From an uncultured bacterium (GTDB lineage Bacteria > Fidelibacterota > Marinisomatia > Marinisomatales > JABMOV01): DNA of 64,000 bases. The notes beneath the pieces are model-generated. The model was not told the origin of the DNA and made no database searches. It saw only the letters and a program-made list of their open reading frames with translations. A program made the position numbers and the translations under genes. The stretch is taken from assembly GCA_964344305.1 (NCBI GenBank), contig CAYFMT010000003.1:71790-135789 (forward strand), in the 5' to 3' direction. Positions 9,442-18,872 of the stretch are shown here, one piece after another. Position 1 is the stretch's first letter; each line of letters starts with the position of its first letter.

Positions 9442-10464
9442 CTATAATGTGATTTGGAACGATAATTGTTGAACACTGTCAAAGATACCGAATGGTGTGA
9501 ACGCATAATCAATTCCAATGCCTGTATCTTTTCTTGCTACCTTGAAACCCACACCATATGTGAGACCACGTTCATCATAATTGCCGTAATAGCCTGTACG
9601 CAAATACAGAATACTCAAAGGATTGTATTCAATACCGATATGGGTCCTTTCGGAATAGGATCTGGGATGAAGTGCATCCACGGATAGCATGAATTTTGAA
9701 TCACGGTTCAATGGTGACTTAAGAAATGATAAAAATATAAAATCAGATAAGTCAATGGATGCACCAATGGAGAATGTTAATGGAAGTTGAAATCCTTCTG
9801 TCTGGTATTTGATCTCCTGTGAGAAATTTCTTACCATCATCCCGAAGGAAAAATCGTTCCAACCAGTTTCATAAAGCGTTCCAAAATCATACGCTAATGT
9901 GGATGCCCAGTTACGAATAACCTGATTGGTGGTATCCGTTTCAGGAACAACACTTCTGCCAAGATACTGATACGTGGATTTAATATGACCGCCAATTGAA
10001 AATTTATCTGAAAGTGACCTGGCATATCCCACACCCACAGCCAGAGCTGTTGGCTCAAAGATTTCTGTATCAATGTATCCCGGTTCATTGTTCCACACCA
10101 TGGTTCCCTGAACCTCGCCGTAATCCACTGACTGAACACTCAATGCAAATACGCCGAAATATCCATTATTGGGAGCAAAACCAACGCTTGCGGTGATATG
10201 GTTAATCCCAGCAATGAATTGATTCTGGCTGAAATTGGCAGATAACAGTTGTGTTGATCTGGCCATTCCAGCAGGATTAAAAAATACGGCATTGGATTGA
10301 CCTTTCATGGTGGTCATTGCTTCACCCATCCCCGTTGCTCGAGCATCAGAGGCTACACTCAGGAATTGAAATCCTGTTTGAGCCAGTTTGATATCTTCCG
10401 ACAGACCAATAGACAGGACGCTTAGTAGGATGAACCCATTTTTAAATATCTGTTTAGTGATCAT
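9442..10464 (-). CDS. PorV/PorQ-family-like outer-membrane beta-barrel protein
   Basis: 340 aa with a signal peptide. N-terminal TGFQFLSVASDARATGMGEAMTTM..NAVFFNPAGMA matches the hallmark PorV-family opening (..FL.I..DAR..GMG.A......NPA). Alternating beta-strand pattern; ends in a hydrophobic residue (..SFQITL; not the classic terminal Phe). Confidence 0.6.
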   Translation of the reverse strand: MITKQIFKNGFILLSVLSIGLSEDIKLAQTGFQFLSVASDARATGMGEAMTTMKGQSNAVFFNPAGMARSTQLLSANFSQNQFIAGINHITASVGFAPNNGYFGVFALSVQSVDYGEVQGTMVWNNEPGYIDTEIFEPTALAVGVGYARSLSDKFSIGGHIKSTYQYLGRSVVPETDTTNQVIRNWASTLAYDFGTLYETGWNDFSFGMMVRNFSQEIKYQTEGFQLPLTFSIGASIDLSDFIFLSFLKSPLNRDSKFMLSVDALHPRSYSERTHIGIEYNPLSILYLRTGYYGNYDERGLTYGVGFKVARKDTGIGIDYAFTPFGIFDSVQQLSFQITL

Positions 10465-10467
10465 AGC

Positions 10468-11010
10468 TTATTCCTTATTGAGTATAACCATTGCGAAACC
10501 GGAAGCATTCTCCATGATGAACTCAGTGAGATAATATCCTGTCGTGAGAGTATATTCCTGTCTGAATGCAATGTCTTCACTGCAATCAGCGACAGTTTCC
10601 AGATCCATCGCCATGTTTGTTACATCTGCAATTGTGTTATCGGCATCCCTTAGATTTATCTTCAGGTTTTTATTTGTATAAACAACATAATCACCTGCGG
10701 AAGATATCTGAATCACCGAATAACTGGTATCTGCACTTTTCGATACTTTAATCAACGTATCCGGGTAAAAAAGAATTTCAGCATTCCACGCTATTAAGGA
10801 ATCGATCCTCTCAGCGTTCCCGGTCCCAGAAGCATTGAGTGACAGTGAATCTTCCAATGCCAGTGATGGGAATTGATTAAAGGTGGTATCTGCCATGAAC
10901 ACGCCACACGCAGCACCATCCATTTCAGAAATCTCGTAGTCCTCATCCATATAATTATCACAGGAAATGATTAGCAAAGCTCCAATGATAATGTAACCTA
11001 TGTACTTCAT
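10468..11010 (-). CDS. Small lipoprotein, unknown function
   Basis: 180 aa. Lipobox in MKYIGYIIIGALLIISCDNY. No recognisable motifs. Separated from its neighbours by 3 and 12 nt. Confidence 0.65.
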   Translation of the reverse strand: MKYIGYIIIGALLIISCDNYMDEDYEISEMDGAACGVFMADTTFNQFPSLALEDSLSLNASGTGNAERIDSLIAWNAEILFYPDTLIKVSKSADTSYSVIQISSAGDYVVYTNKNLKINLRDADNTIADVTNMAMDLETVADCSEDIAFRQEYTLTTGYYLTEFIMENASGFAMVILNKE

Positions 11011-11022
11011 ACTTCTTTTCCT

Positions 11023-13095
11023 TTATCGGATAACGATGAATTTTTTAATTCCGGTGGACCCTTTTTCCACAAACTCTCCTGTTTTCCAGTCCGTGAAATC
11101 ATCCAGCACTTCGAAATGGGCAATATATAATCCTGACACCACCACCTGTCTTGAGGATGTAATGCTATTCCAGGCTTCATCGCCGCTTCCATCGGTATGA
11201 TCTATGGTATAAACCAGATCACCTCTTTCGGTAAATATCTTGATTCGGCAGGTGGGTGGAATATCCAGGAACATAATACGGTCAGGACCTCCATCCCCGT
11301 ACTGTAAATCCCTTGCCTTAATATTGTAAGGATTGGGAACAATCCGAATCCTGTCAAGAGTACCGGGTTGACGTTTCAGGAATGCAGGTGTATTTGTTCG
11401 TGTATAAAACAGGCTGCTCTCCATGGGTGTGCCAGGTGAGACATCATTCAATGAACCATCACTTACAGTTGTGACATAGTAATAATAATCAAAGCCACGG
11501 ATAGCCGATCGATCCTCGTAAATGGTTTCTCCAGGACCCAGCTCAGCAATGAGTTCAAATGTTGTATCCGGTACATGAATGGCCCTATACACATTGTACT
11601 CTGCAAAGGATGGATAGCTTTCGGCTGTGGCACTCCATTCAAGAATAATTCTGTCACCTCCTGAAGTAACCTGGAACAGATCAGGCGGAGGTGGTTCATG
11701 GGGCACATTGGATCCAGACTGCCATAGATCGTATGTATTCTGGGCACGTGTAAATGCCTGAAACAGAGAATCCTTTCCGGACATGACCAATTCATTTTTC
11801 TGTGTATTGCTGATAGCACCGCTAAGCCAATCGGCACCAACGGAATAATGTTTATCCCTGGACAAGCCGGCAACAGCCTCCACGGTCACAATGACAATAC
11901 TATCCCCTGGTGCCATATCATATGGACCGTACCCTCTACCCAGTGAATATCCTCCACCGGTGGATCCAAACTCATCTGCGTTGTCATCACCCACTTCCTC
12001 GGCATGACTCAAATTTGGGTGACCGGAACTCATGAGCAGGTATTCATCTGTCATTTTAGCCGCATTCAGGTGATTATTTCCGGAATTATAAGGACCATCT
12101 GAATCAGGGTAAGGAGTGGATGTAGGTTGATTTGGATCGTTGGAATGATCAGAAGGAGATACATCTGCATGAATAGTCATGACACCTACAAATTGTGAAG
12201 CCCCTAGTCGACCATCTCCTCCTGTATTTATATTTGGCGCTCCAATATTATCCCCGGAGCCGCTCCAACCTGAATGCAATCCATGCCAGGCGTAGGATGC
12301 CCTGAATGGAACCGATGTTCCTGCAGCATAATTACCATTTTCACCAATGACTTCATTCATGGTATTCCGACCCCAGGTGGCATTCTGCGGCATCCAGTAA
12401 TACCCGTAAGAACAGGCTTCCTTGGTCATGGCATATCGTTCCTGCCAGAAAATGTACACATCATCCAGCGTTAGACTGTGTGTGCTTCCACTAGTATTAT
12501 ATACACCGGTATTCTTAAACACATATTCCACGATATAATAATTGTCATGATAGGGTTGACTATAGGCATGGACTTTCCGGGTCATTGTGATACCCGTACT
12601 TGTGTTCAATGTGTTAATGATCATTCTGTCACCGGGAATGTTTTCATTCACATCATCTACCAGATCCGTGTAATCCAGTTCTGAGGCAGGCAGACCATCC
12701 ACGTACACTTGAGGGCGGGGATATCGCGCTACCAAACGAAAATCTGTTGGCATGAACTCTGACAATTCATCCAGAACCCTGGGACCTACATGAACCACTT
12801 TGTATTCATATTGTATCCCTGCAACAGGGTCGTTGTAATTCTTTGTCCCTATCCATAAGGCTTTCGCCGCTTTTACATCCTGATACCGAAATTGAGCCGG
12901 CCACATGAGACCATCCTGCTGATCAGGAATGAGATGACGGCGTCCCACTTCTATTTCACAGCCACCGCTGCTGAACCAGTCATGCAGCTGTCCAACAGAT
13001 ATCCAGCGGGATTCATCTGCCATGAGGATTGATGCTACCATGAGGAATAGGAGAATGGATAATCTTTTCATGTTTTTCATTGGGGTTACTTTCAT
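11023..13095 (-). CDS. Secreted ~700-aa protein of unknown function with FN3-like domain and divergent T9SS-CTD-like tail (partner 2; paralog of 2991..5105)
   Basis: 690 aa with signal peptide (MKRLSILLFLMVASILMA). Shared block HAYSQPYHDNYYIVEYVFKNTG. FN3-like (ILEWSATAESYPSFAEYNVYRA..YYYYVTTV). Tail is IVPNPY...IKIFTERGDLV...SGLYIAHFEV...KFIVIR. ATG lies 8 nt after the TBDR 2 stop. Confidence 0.8.
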   Translation of the reverse strand: MKVTPMKNMKRLSILLFLMVASILMADESRWISVGQLHDWFSSGGCEIEVGRRHLIPDQQDGLMWPAQFRYQDVKAAKALWIGTKNYNDPVAGIQYEYKVVHVGPRVLDELSEFMPTDFRLVARYPRPQVYVDGLPASELDYTDLVDDVNENIPGDRMIINTLNTSTGITMTRKVHAYSQPYHDNYYIVEYVFKNTGVYNTSGSTHSLTLDDVYIFWQERYAMTKEACSYGYYWMPQNATWGRNTMNEVIGENGNYAAGTSVPFRASYAWHGLHSGWSGSGDNIGAPNINTGGDGRLGASQFVGVMTIHADVSPSDHSNDPNQPTSTPYPDSDGPYNSGNNHLNAAKMTDEYLLMSSGHPNLSHAEEVGDDNADEFGSTGGGYSLGRGYGPYDMAPGDSIVIVTVEAVAGLSRDKHYSVGADWLSGAISNTQKNELVMSGKDSLFQAFTRAQNTYDLWQSGSNVPHEPPPPDLFQVTSGGDRIILEWSATAESYPSFAEYNVYRAIHVPDTTFELIAELGPGETIYEDRSAIRGFDYYYYVTTVSDGSLNDVSPGTPMESSLFYTRTNTPAFLKRQPGTLDRIRIVPNPYNIKARDLQYGDGGPDRIMFLDIPPTCRIKIFTERGDLVYTIDHTDGSGDEAWNSITSSRQVVVSGLYIAHFEVLDDFTDWKTGEFVEKGSTGIKKFIVIR

Positions 13096-13103
13096 GATAG
13101 ACT

Positions 13104-16100
13104 CTAAAAATTGTACGTGAAGTTGATTCCGAAGAAAATATCCCTGGGATACAGGAAAGTAAAGTATGTCTGATTTGGCATGTCAATATATGCTTTAGTT
13201 TCCAGCACTTCATCAACAAAAGAATCTTTCGCTTCTACCCAGGTCCCATTTGAATACTGGTAGTACGTCTCTTCGGTTTGATCCCAGTAAAGTGCTCGTT
13301 CATTTGGTGAACTGAGGTTCACAACATTGGGGACAGATTCTATGGGTTGAAATGCCACATCTTCATCACGAACATCGCCCGGTTGATCTTCTCCAGGAAT
13401 ATTACCGTACCCTAGATCATCTCCCTTGGAAGCTGGAAGATGTAATGATTGCATATAGAAATCATAATCATAGCTGTCTTCAAATGATTCTCTGGAAAAC
13501 TGTTTGAGGTTGAGCACGTTGTTCACTTCAGCAAAAAGCTTGACCGAGAAATTCTTCAATCTCAATACACGCGATACCTTCAAGTCCAATCCATAGGAAT
13601 CTTTCCACTGAAGATTGTACTGAATTCCACGGATATTATTTGGGTTGTAGGTGAACCAGGACCCACTTGTCCAACGACCAATGAAGTTTGCATTCCACTC
13701 TGCCAGTGGACGGAATCCGGCAATCTGAGGTCCAAAGTCTGATGGGGTAAAGAATGTGACATAGCTTTTTGCTCTTGGAATGGGCAATGGCTTGGCTTGA
13801 TAGGAATTATTCTTTTCATAATCCGCTTGATCGCTTGGATTCTGGTAGACTCGACCCAAATCAAAATACCCTGATGTAGAAACGCGGTACTCGTAATTCA
13901 CCATACCTGTAAACCAGTCACCAAATCTCTTACTCAATTCCACTTCAAATCCGCGAATATCCTCATACAGATTATTCGTCATGACGTAAGAATTGATCTT
14001 GCCGTCTGAGCTGATGATCCGTGTCCAGTCCTGCTCATTAGATACATCTTTATAATAGGCTGATAGATGCAGCAGGTACATATCCGAAAAAGCTCTGTCA
14101 AAACCAAGTTCATATGAAATGGTCTGAGCAGGATCAAGGCTTGGGTTTCCAAGATAGGAAATGGCGCCTACGCTGTTACGTTGTATACGATACGCTGCTT
14201 CTGATGTTGGAGATTGATTGTAGTGTCCATAATTAAAATACAATTTTGATACATCTGTTAAAGGATGTGATATAGCCAGACGAGGACTCAAAGTTGTAAC
14301 GGGATCCGCTTTCTTTGCATAGTCGGAATTCCACACATCATCCTCATCATAATAATAGAAATCCTTGTCAAAATTCTCGAATGTGAACCACTTTCCACTT
14401 GGATTGTAATATTCACCATTCAACCCAAGAATGGCTACCAGTCCTCGGAATTCTATTTTGTCCTGGATATAAGTATTCAATCGATTCGGATTCACCGAAA
14501 ATTCAGACCATCTATTACCTTCGGGCAGGACTTTATTGATTGACCCAAATTTCATGTCGATATTGTAAGAAATGAATTCAAATCCAGCCTTGATCTGATT
14601 GTTGGGTGTGATTTGATTTGTATAATCCCCTGCCAAGCTCACTGAAGATACTTCCGTGGAGTCCCTTGCAGTGGAAATGGGGCCACCCAGAGTGATTCCT
14701 CCATCCACGCTTGAGAGGAATTCCTGCTCAAACCCAAATGGTTGCTCATCGAGGGAAAATCCTGGGAATATTTCTGTCAGATCTACTGTATTCCTGAAAC
14801 GTCCCGGACCGGTTCGATAGGAGTTAAACGTTCGTTGAAGCCGAACCTCGTAAAAACTTTTCGAGGTGAGAATATGAGATAGTGTTACCCCGTAAGTGGA
14901 GTTAAAACGTTCCGTTTCAGAATAATAGTCATTGGTAAAAATTCTCCATGGAACCGTAAACCCAGTACGATCCGTAATGCTTGCAACTCCAGATACTGAT
15001 GTGAAATATGAGGTCCCCCCGGTGCGGGAAGCATTGGTAGCCGTTAACCCATTCCATAGTGCGGATACGGATAGTTTCATGTTATCAGAAATATCTGATG
15101 TAAGCTTCAACACATTGCCATAGGAATTCAAACCATCTGTTGAAAGCGGAAACAGGTATTGAGTGGATTCCTGGATTCGGGAATAATAGAATCGAAGATT
15201 ACCCAACATGGGACCGATAACAGGAATAGGACCGCCAAACCCAAAATCCATATTGATATCAGGTTTATGGATATTCCCATCCTTTCGGTATTGCCATTCG
15301 AAAATTCGTTTTGCAGCCGCTGGTGTTAAATCGTTGGTTGGATCATCATCTGACAACGTAGCCTGCGAGATAGCTATCCACCCATCGAAAGAGGTGAATT
15401 GTCGTTCATCGTATTCATCCCAGTTTGCGTTGGATGAACCATACCAGGCAGTAGAATCACTTAAATAAGGATATAGCCAGAATGAATTGGCACTGTAAAC
15501 GGATTCTCCAAAATGTTTCGCTGCAGGTGGGCTGTATTTATAGGTGAATGTACCAGAATACCTATCTGGATCCCCTTCTTTTGCCACCACATTGATAATT
15601 CCACCACGTACATTGCTGTATTCAGCATTAAACCCACCGGTTTGTACAGATACCTCCTGAATGGAGCTCAAGGGAATCCCTGTTACTGGTGCATCATTTC
15701 GTGCATCCCTGAGGGCAACACCATCCAGCATGAGCATGGTTTGATCAGAACCGCTTCCGCGAATACCAAGAGAAGATGTGATCCCTGCTTTCAACCCAAC
15801 TACCTGGCCCAGACTTGAGACTGGCAATTCCTCAATTTCATCTCCCGTAACACTGAGTTGACTTGCAGCAACATCCACTTTGATGACTCTATTTTGTGCA
15901 ATGACTTCAACACCTTCACCTTCAAGAATCTCTGTTTCAAGTGGCACGTCAATTGAGGTGGTTAAATCGATCTCAACACGGACTTCTTTTACGGTTGTAC
16001 GCTTGTAACCGATCATGGATACCGTGAGGTCATAATCACCGGGAGGAACATTTAAAATGGTATAATATCCTTCTATATCCGTAGCCGTACCCAAATACGT

Positions 16101-16259
16101 ATCTGTTACAACGATATTTACACCTGCCAGACCTTCACCGGTTTGTGCATCTGTAATTCGTCCCGAAATTTTTCCGGTAGTACCGGCCAGAAGTATGGAT
16201 GAAAGAAGTAAAAAGTAAGCGAAAAACGAAATTCTATTTTTTGTCATAGGACATTCCAT
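13104..16259 (-). CDS. TonB-dependent outer-membrane receptor with N-terminal CarboxypepD_reg-like domain (TBDR 2; paralog of 5105..8119)
   Basis: 1051 aa. GKISGRITDAQTGEGLAGVNIVV..EGYYTILNVPPGDYDL. Plug-like VGLKAGITSSLGIRGSGSDQTMLMLDG. C-terminal FGINFTYNF. Alternative start at ATG 16247 (MTKNRISFF). Confidence 0.85.
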   Translation of the reverse strand: MECPMTKNRISFFAYFLLLSSILLAGTTGKISGRITDAQTGEGLAGVNIVVTDTYLGTATDIEGYYTILNVPPGDYDLTVSMIGYKRTTVKEVRVEIDLTTSIDVPLETEILEGEGVEVIAQNRVIKVDVAASQLSVTGDEIEELPVSSLGQVVGLKAGITSSLGIRGSGSDQTMLMLDGVALRDARNDAPVTGIPLSSIQEVSVQTGGFNAEYSNVRGGIINVVAKEGDPDRYSGTFTYKYSPPAAKHFGESVYSANSFWLYPYLSDSTAWYGSSNANWDEYDERQFTSFDGWIAISQATLSDDDPTNDLTPAAAKRIFEWQYRKDGNIHKPDINMDFGFGGPIPVIGPMLGNLRFYYSRIQESTQYLFPLSTDGLNSYGNVLKLTSDISDNMKLSVSALWNGLTATNASRTGGTSYFTSVSGVASITDRTGFTVPWRIFTNDYYSETERFNSTYGVTLSHILTSKSFYEVRLQRTFNSYRTGPGRFRNTVDLTEIFPGFSLDEQPFGFEQEFLSSVDGGITLGGPISTARDSTEVSSVSLAGDYTNQITPNNQIKAGFEFISYNIDMKFGSINKVLPEGNRWSEFSVNPNRLNTYIQDKIEFRGLVAILGLNGEYYNPSGKWFTFENFDKDFYYYDEDDVWNSDYAKKADPVTTLSPRLAISHPLTDVSKLYFNYGHYNQSPTSEAAYRIQRNSVGAISYLGNPSLDPAQTISYELGFDRAFSDMYLLHLSAYYKDVSNEQDWTRIISSDGKINSYVMTNNLYEDIRGFEVELSKRFGDWFTGMVNYEYRVSTSGYFDLGRVYQNPSDQADYEKNNSYQAKPLPIPRAKSYVTFFTPSDFGPQIAGFRPLAEWNANFIGRWTSGSWFTYNPNNIRGIQYNLQWKDSYGLDLKVSRVLRLKNFSVKLFAEVNNVLNLKQFSRESFEDSYDYDFYMQSLHLPASKGDDLGYGNIPGEDQPGDVRDEDVAFQPIESVPNVVNLSSPNERALYWDQTEETYYQYSNGTWVEAKDSFVDEVLETKAYIDMPNQTYFTFLYPRDIFFGINFTYNF

Positions 16260-16384
16260 GCTTTTATTAGAATTGTGTTAGAGGAAGTTTTTATGAAATT
16301 GCCTGATAAATTTGTTGAAAATACCCAACCGAACCACAAATTTCAAGACAATGAGTTCTGATTTGATATAATCCGATTTCATGG

Positions 16385-17221
16385 TTAATCCATTTCTTGA
16401 AATGAATAAATCATTACCCCATCAAATAGTGGACCCTCCTGAGTGAAGTAGTAGTCCATGAAAGGTAGCTTTACAGTTTCCCCAGCTGTAGATGAGGCAT
16501 GCAATACGTACTTTTTATCAATGATCATACCCTCATGGGCAATAAGAATTCCTTTATCCATATACGACGTTCGTACGAATGCCACCCCACAAACCTTAGG
16601 TAGTCGTGAAAGCAAATCCTGATTAATGGATTTACTGGGGATGTAAAACGTATCCATGGGTTGTTCCCAGTCCAGCTTCAGAAATTCCGTATCATCCTTT
16701 TGCCTGTTCAGTGTAATCTGGACCGGTTTGAGTTTTGTATACGGCAACAGGGTTTCAGTGATATTTACGGTGTATGGATTATGGGATATCCGGTCCAGGG
16801 TATAATGCCAGCGAGACAAATAGGTTGGTTGCTTGAGACCAACCGGGTCTGCCTTGTAGTGGATATCAATCATTCTCTCTTTTGCCTGATCCCAGGAATT
16901 ACTGTGTGTAAACGCCATACAGGTTAACACATGTCCGGTGCAATCCGATACATCCATCCGAATAATAGGGTCGGGGTCCGGCTCCACCTCTTCCCCCAGT
17001 TTGAAAATTTCATAGGGTGTGCCTACACGCCACAGGGCAAATGCTCGCAATCGATCATGGTAATTAGGGAATGTTTCCTTGAATAGTGGTAATAATTCCG
17101 AAATCTCATCTTCTGTCAATGTGTAGGGTTTTGGCAGGGATGAAACCCACGTGTCGTCTGATTGTCCAATTAACAGTGACCCAAAAATGATTGTAGTAAT
17201 TACTATGGTTCTTTTGCCCAT
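16385..17221 (-). CDS. Secreted DUF1460-like (N-acetylmuramoyl-L-alanine amidase-like) protein
   Basis: 278 aa with a signal peptide. MDVSDCTGHVLTCMAF and ..GILIAHEGMIIDKKYVLHASS resemble the Cys- and His-containing blocks I associate with DUF1460. Recognised from memory only. Confidence 0.45.
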   Translation of the reverse strand: MGKRTIVITTIIFGSLLIGQSDDTWVSSLPKPYTLTEDEISELLPLFKETFPNYHDRLRAFALWRVGTPYEIFKLGEEVEPDPDPIIRMDVSDCTGHVLTCMAFTHSNSWDQAKERMIDIHYKADPVGLKQPTYLSRWHYTLDRISHNPYTVNITETLLPYTKLKPVQITLNRQKDDTEFLKLDWEQPMDTFYIPSKSINQDLLSRLPKVCGVAFVRTSYMDKGILIAHEGMIIDKKYVLHASSTAGETVKLPFMDYYFTQEGPLFDGVMIYSFQEMD

Positions 17222-18405
17222 CTATTTCTCCATTTCAGGTTGGGGTTTTGTTTTTCAAACCCAAGAGATTCATATACAGCAGAATGGATGCGCTGTCTCC
17301 AATCATAGTATTTTGGTGATTTCCACGACCGATTAGGATGCACGGCATTGGTGAGAAGAATGACTATCACATCATTTTCAGGGTCGATCCACATGGAGGT
17401 TCCTGTGTACCCTGTGTGTCCAAAGCTCTTGTCGCTCAAATAAACACCGCCGGATGCTAAACCAGAGGGACTATCCCAGCCCAGACATCTGGAGCTGCCT
17501 TCCCGGACGTTGGCGCGCCTGGTAAACAAATCAATGGTTTCCGGTAGGAAAACGCTCGTTCTGCCACTTTCACCTCCCCGAAGCATCATTTTTGAATACC
17601 GATAGAGATCATCTGCAGTGGAAAAAAGTCCAGCATGTCCAGTAACACCCCCCATGCTATGGGAGTTTTCATCGTGGACATACCCATGGATCAGTTCACT
17701 GGTGATGGCGCTGATTTCTGTTGGTACAATCCTGGATAACAAGATGGAATCGGGATAGATAGGAAAATACATGGTTCTATACATGCCTGCGGGACGAAAA
17801 ATGTTTTGGGTTAGGTAGTCATCTAATGTCGTTCTCGAGACCTTCTCAACCAGTTTTCCCAGTGTGATAAAGCCAATGTCCGAATACACCGTCGAATCAC
17901 CTGGAGAATACACAATTTCAGAATCCAGCACCGCTTTCAACCGATCCTGTGGGTCTCCATCCATTAGATAAAACTGCTTGAATGGTGGAAGTCCGGCTGT
18001 GTGGGTTAAAAGGTGACGAATGGTTATGTCCCGTTTATCTCCTTTTCGAAACTCCGGAATAAATTCCCGCACTGGATCATCCAGGTCGATAAATCCTTCT
18101 TCATACAACTTCATAACAGCAGATGTCGTACCCACAACCTTTGATATAGATGCGAGATCGAATATATCTGTGACCTGTGTGGGGACTGCTTTTTCGTAGG
18201 TATGGAAACCAAAGGAATTTTTATACAGGATTTCATCAGATGAACCTGCCACCAGAACAGCCCCTGGCCAGGCACTGTCTGCAACGGCATCCTCCATGAA
18301 CTGATCCAGTAGTTTGGAGTCAATTTCTTCTGAACAAAGTAAAGAAAATGAGAGAACAAAAATCCCAGGGAAAGAAATAAGTTTGAGATATTTGGACAGG
18401 ACCAT
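17203..18405 (-). CDS. Class-C beta-lactamase-family serine hydrolase (PBP/esterase-like)
   Basis: 400 aa with a signal peptide. SxxK (ASISKVVG), Y-S-D in the YxN position (TVYSDIGF), and HTG in the KTG position (FGHTGYTGTSMWIDP). Confidence 0.8.
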   Translation of the reverse strand: MVLSKYLKLISFPGIFVLSFSLLCSEEIDSKLLDQFMEDAVADSAWPGAVLVAGSSDEILYKNSFGFHTYEKAVPTQVTDIFDLASISKVVGTTSAVMKLYEEGFIDLDDPVREFIPEFRKGDKRDITIRHLLTHTAGLPPFKQFYLMDGDPQDRLKAVLDSEIVYSPGDSTVYSDIGFITLGKLVEKVSRTTLDDYLTQNIFRPAGMYRTMYFPIYPDSILLSRIVPTEISAITSELIHGYVHDENSHSMGGVTGHAGLFSTADDLYRYSKMMLRGGESGRTSVFLPETIDLFTRRANVREGSSRCLGWDSPSGLASGGVYLSDKSFGHTGYTGTSMWIDPENDVIVILLTNAVHPNRSWKSPKYYDWRQRIHSAVYESLGFEKQNPNLKWRNRWAKEP

Positions 18406-18449
18406 AGTATTGTAATTTATTGTGAGAAAAAGATATAAAGACAGGAAAG

Positions 18450-18857
18450 ATGCGACTAAAAACTATTCTTCTATTCTTCTCCCTGATGGTTATTTCATGC
18501 TCCACAAAAGAAGCGGAAAACCGGGTAGTAGAGACGTCATATCCAGACGGAACTCCAAAGCTGGTTCGCGTGTGCTATCCGGACTCAGTTAGCTTTGTAG
18601 AAATAAACTATTTCTATAACGGTATTAAAGAGAGGGAACGGACCCTAAAAAATGGGTACCCTCACGGTGCATGGAAAGAGTGGCATAAAAACGGTCAACT
18701 CAAGTTTGACAAATACTATAAAAATGGTGAGATGGATGGATCACAGAAAGCCTGGTATATGGATGGATCCATTTTCTTTGAGTCAATTTACGATAATGGA
18801 TCCCTGCTTAACCGGACCGTTTATAATCATGACGGATCCATTAGATCAACCAGGTAG
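18450..18857 (+). CDS. MORN-repeat-variant (YwqK-family-like) lipoprotein
   Basis: 135 aa. Lipobox LMVISCS. Repeats NGYPHGAWKEWHKNGQLKFDKYYKNGEMDGSQKAWYMDGSIFFESIYDNG. Confidence 0.7.
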   Translation: MRLKTILLFFSLMVISCSTKEAENRVVETSYPDGTPKLVRVCYPDSVSFVEINYFYNGIKERERTLKNGYPHGAWKEWHKNGQLKFDKYYKNGEMDGSQKAWYMDGSIFFESIYDNGSLLNRTVYNHDGSIRSTR

Positions 18858-18872
18858 CTGATTCAATATTAT

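Noticed and set aside
8120-9518. Apparent long gene overlaps in the track (8130..9518 vs 9442..10464 by 77 nt; 5105..8176 vs 8130.. by 47 nt; 53621..54916 N-terminal extension; 39454 TTG, 47678 TTG, 31910 GTG starts)
   Set aside because: Downstream ATGs restore signal peptides or lipoboxes, sensible RBS spacing and 10-nt intergenic gaps. The overlaps therefore come from longest-ORF calling, not from real overlapping genes or frameshifts.
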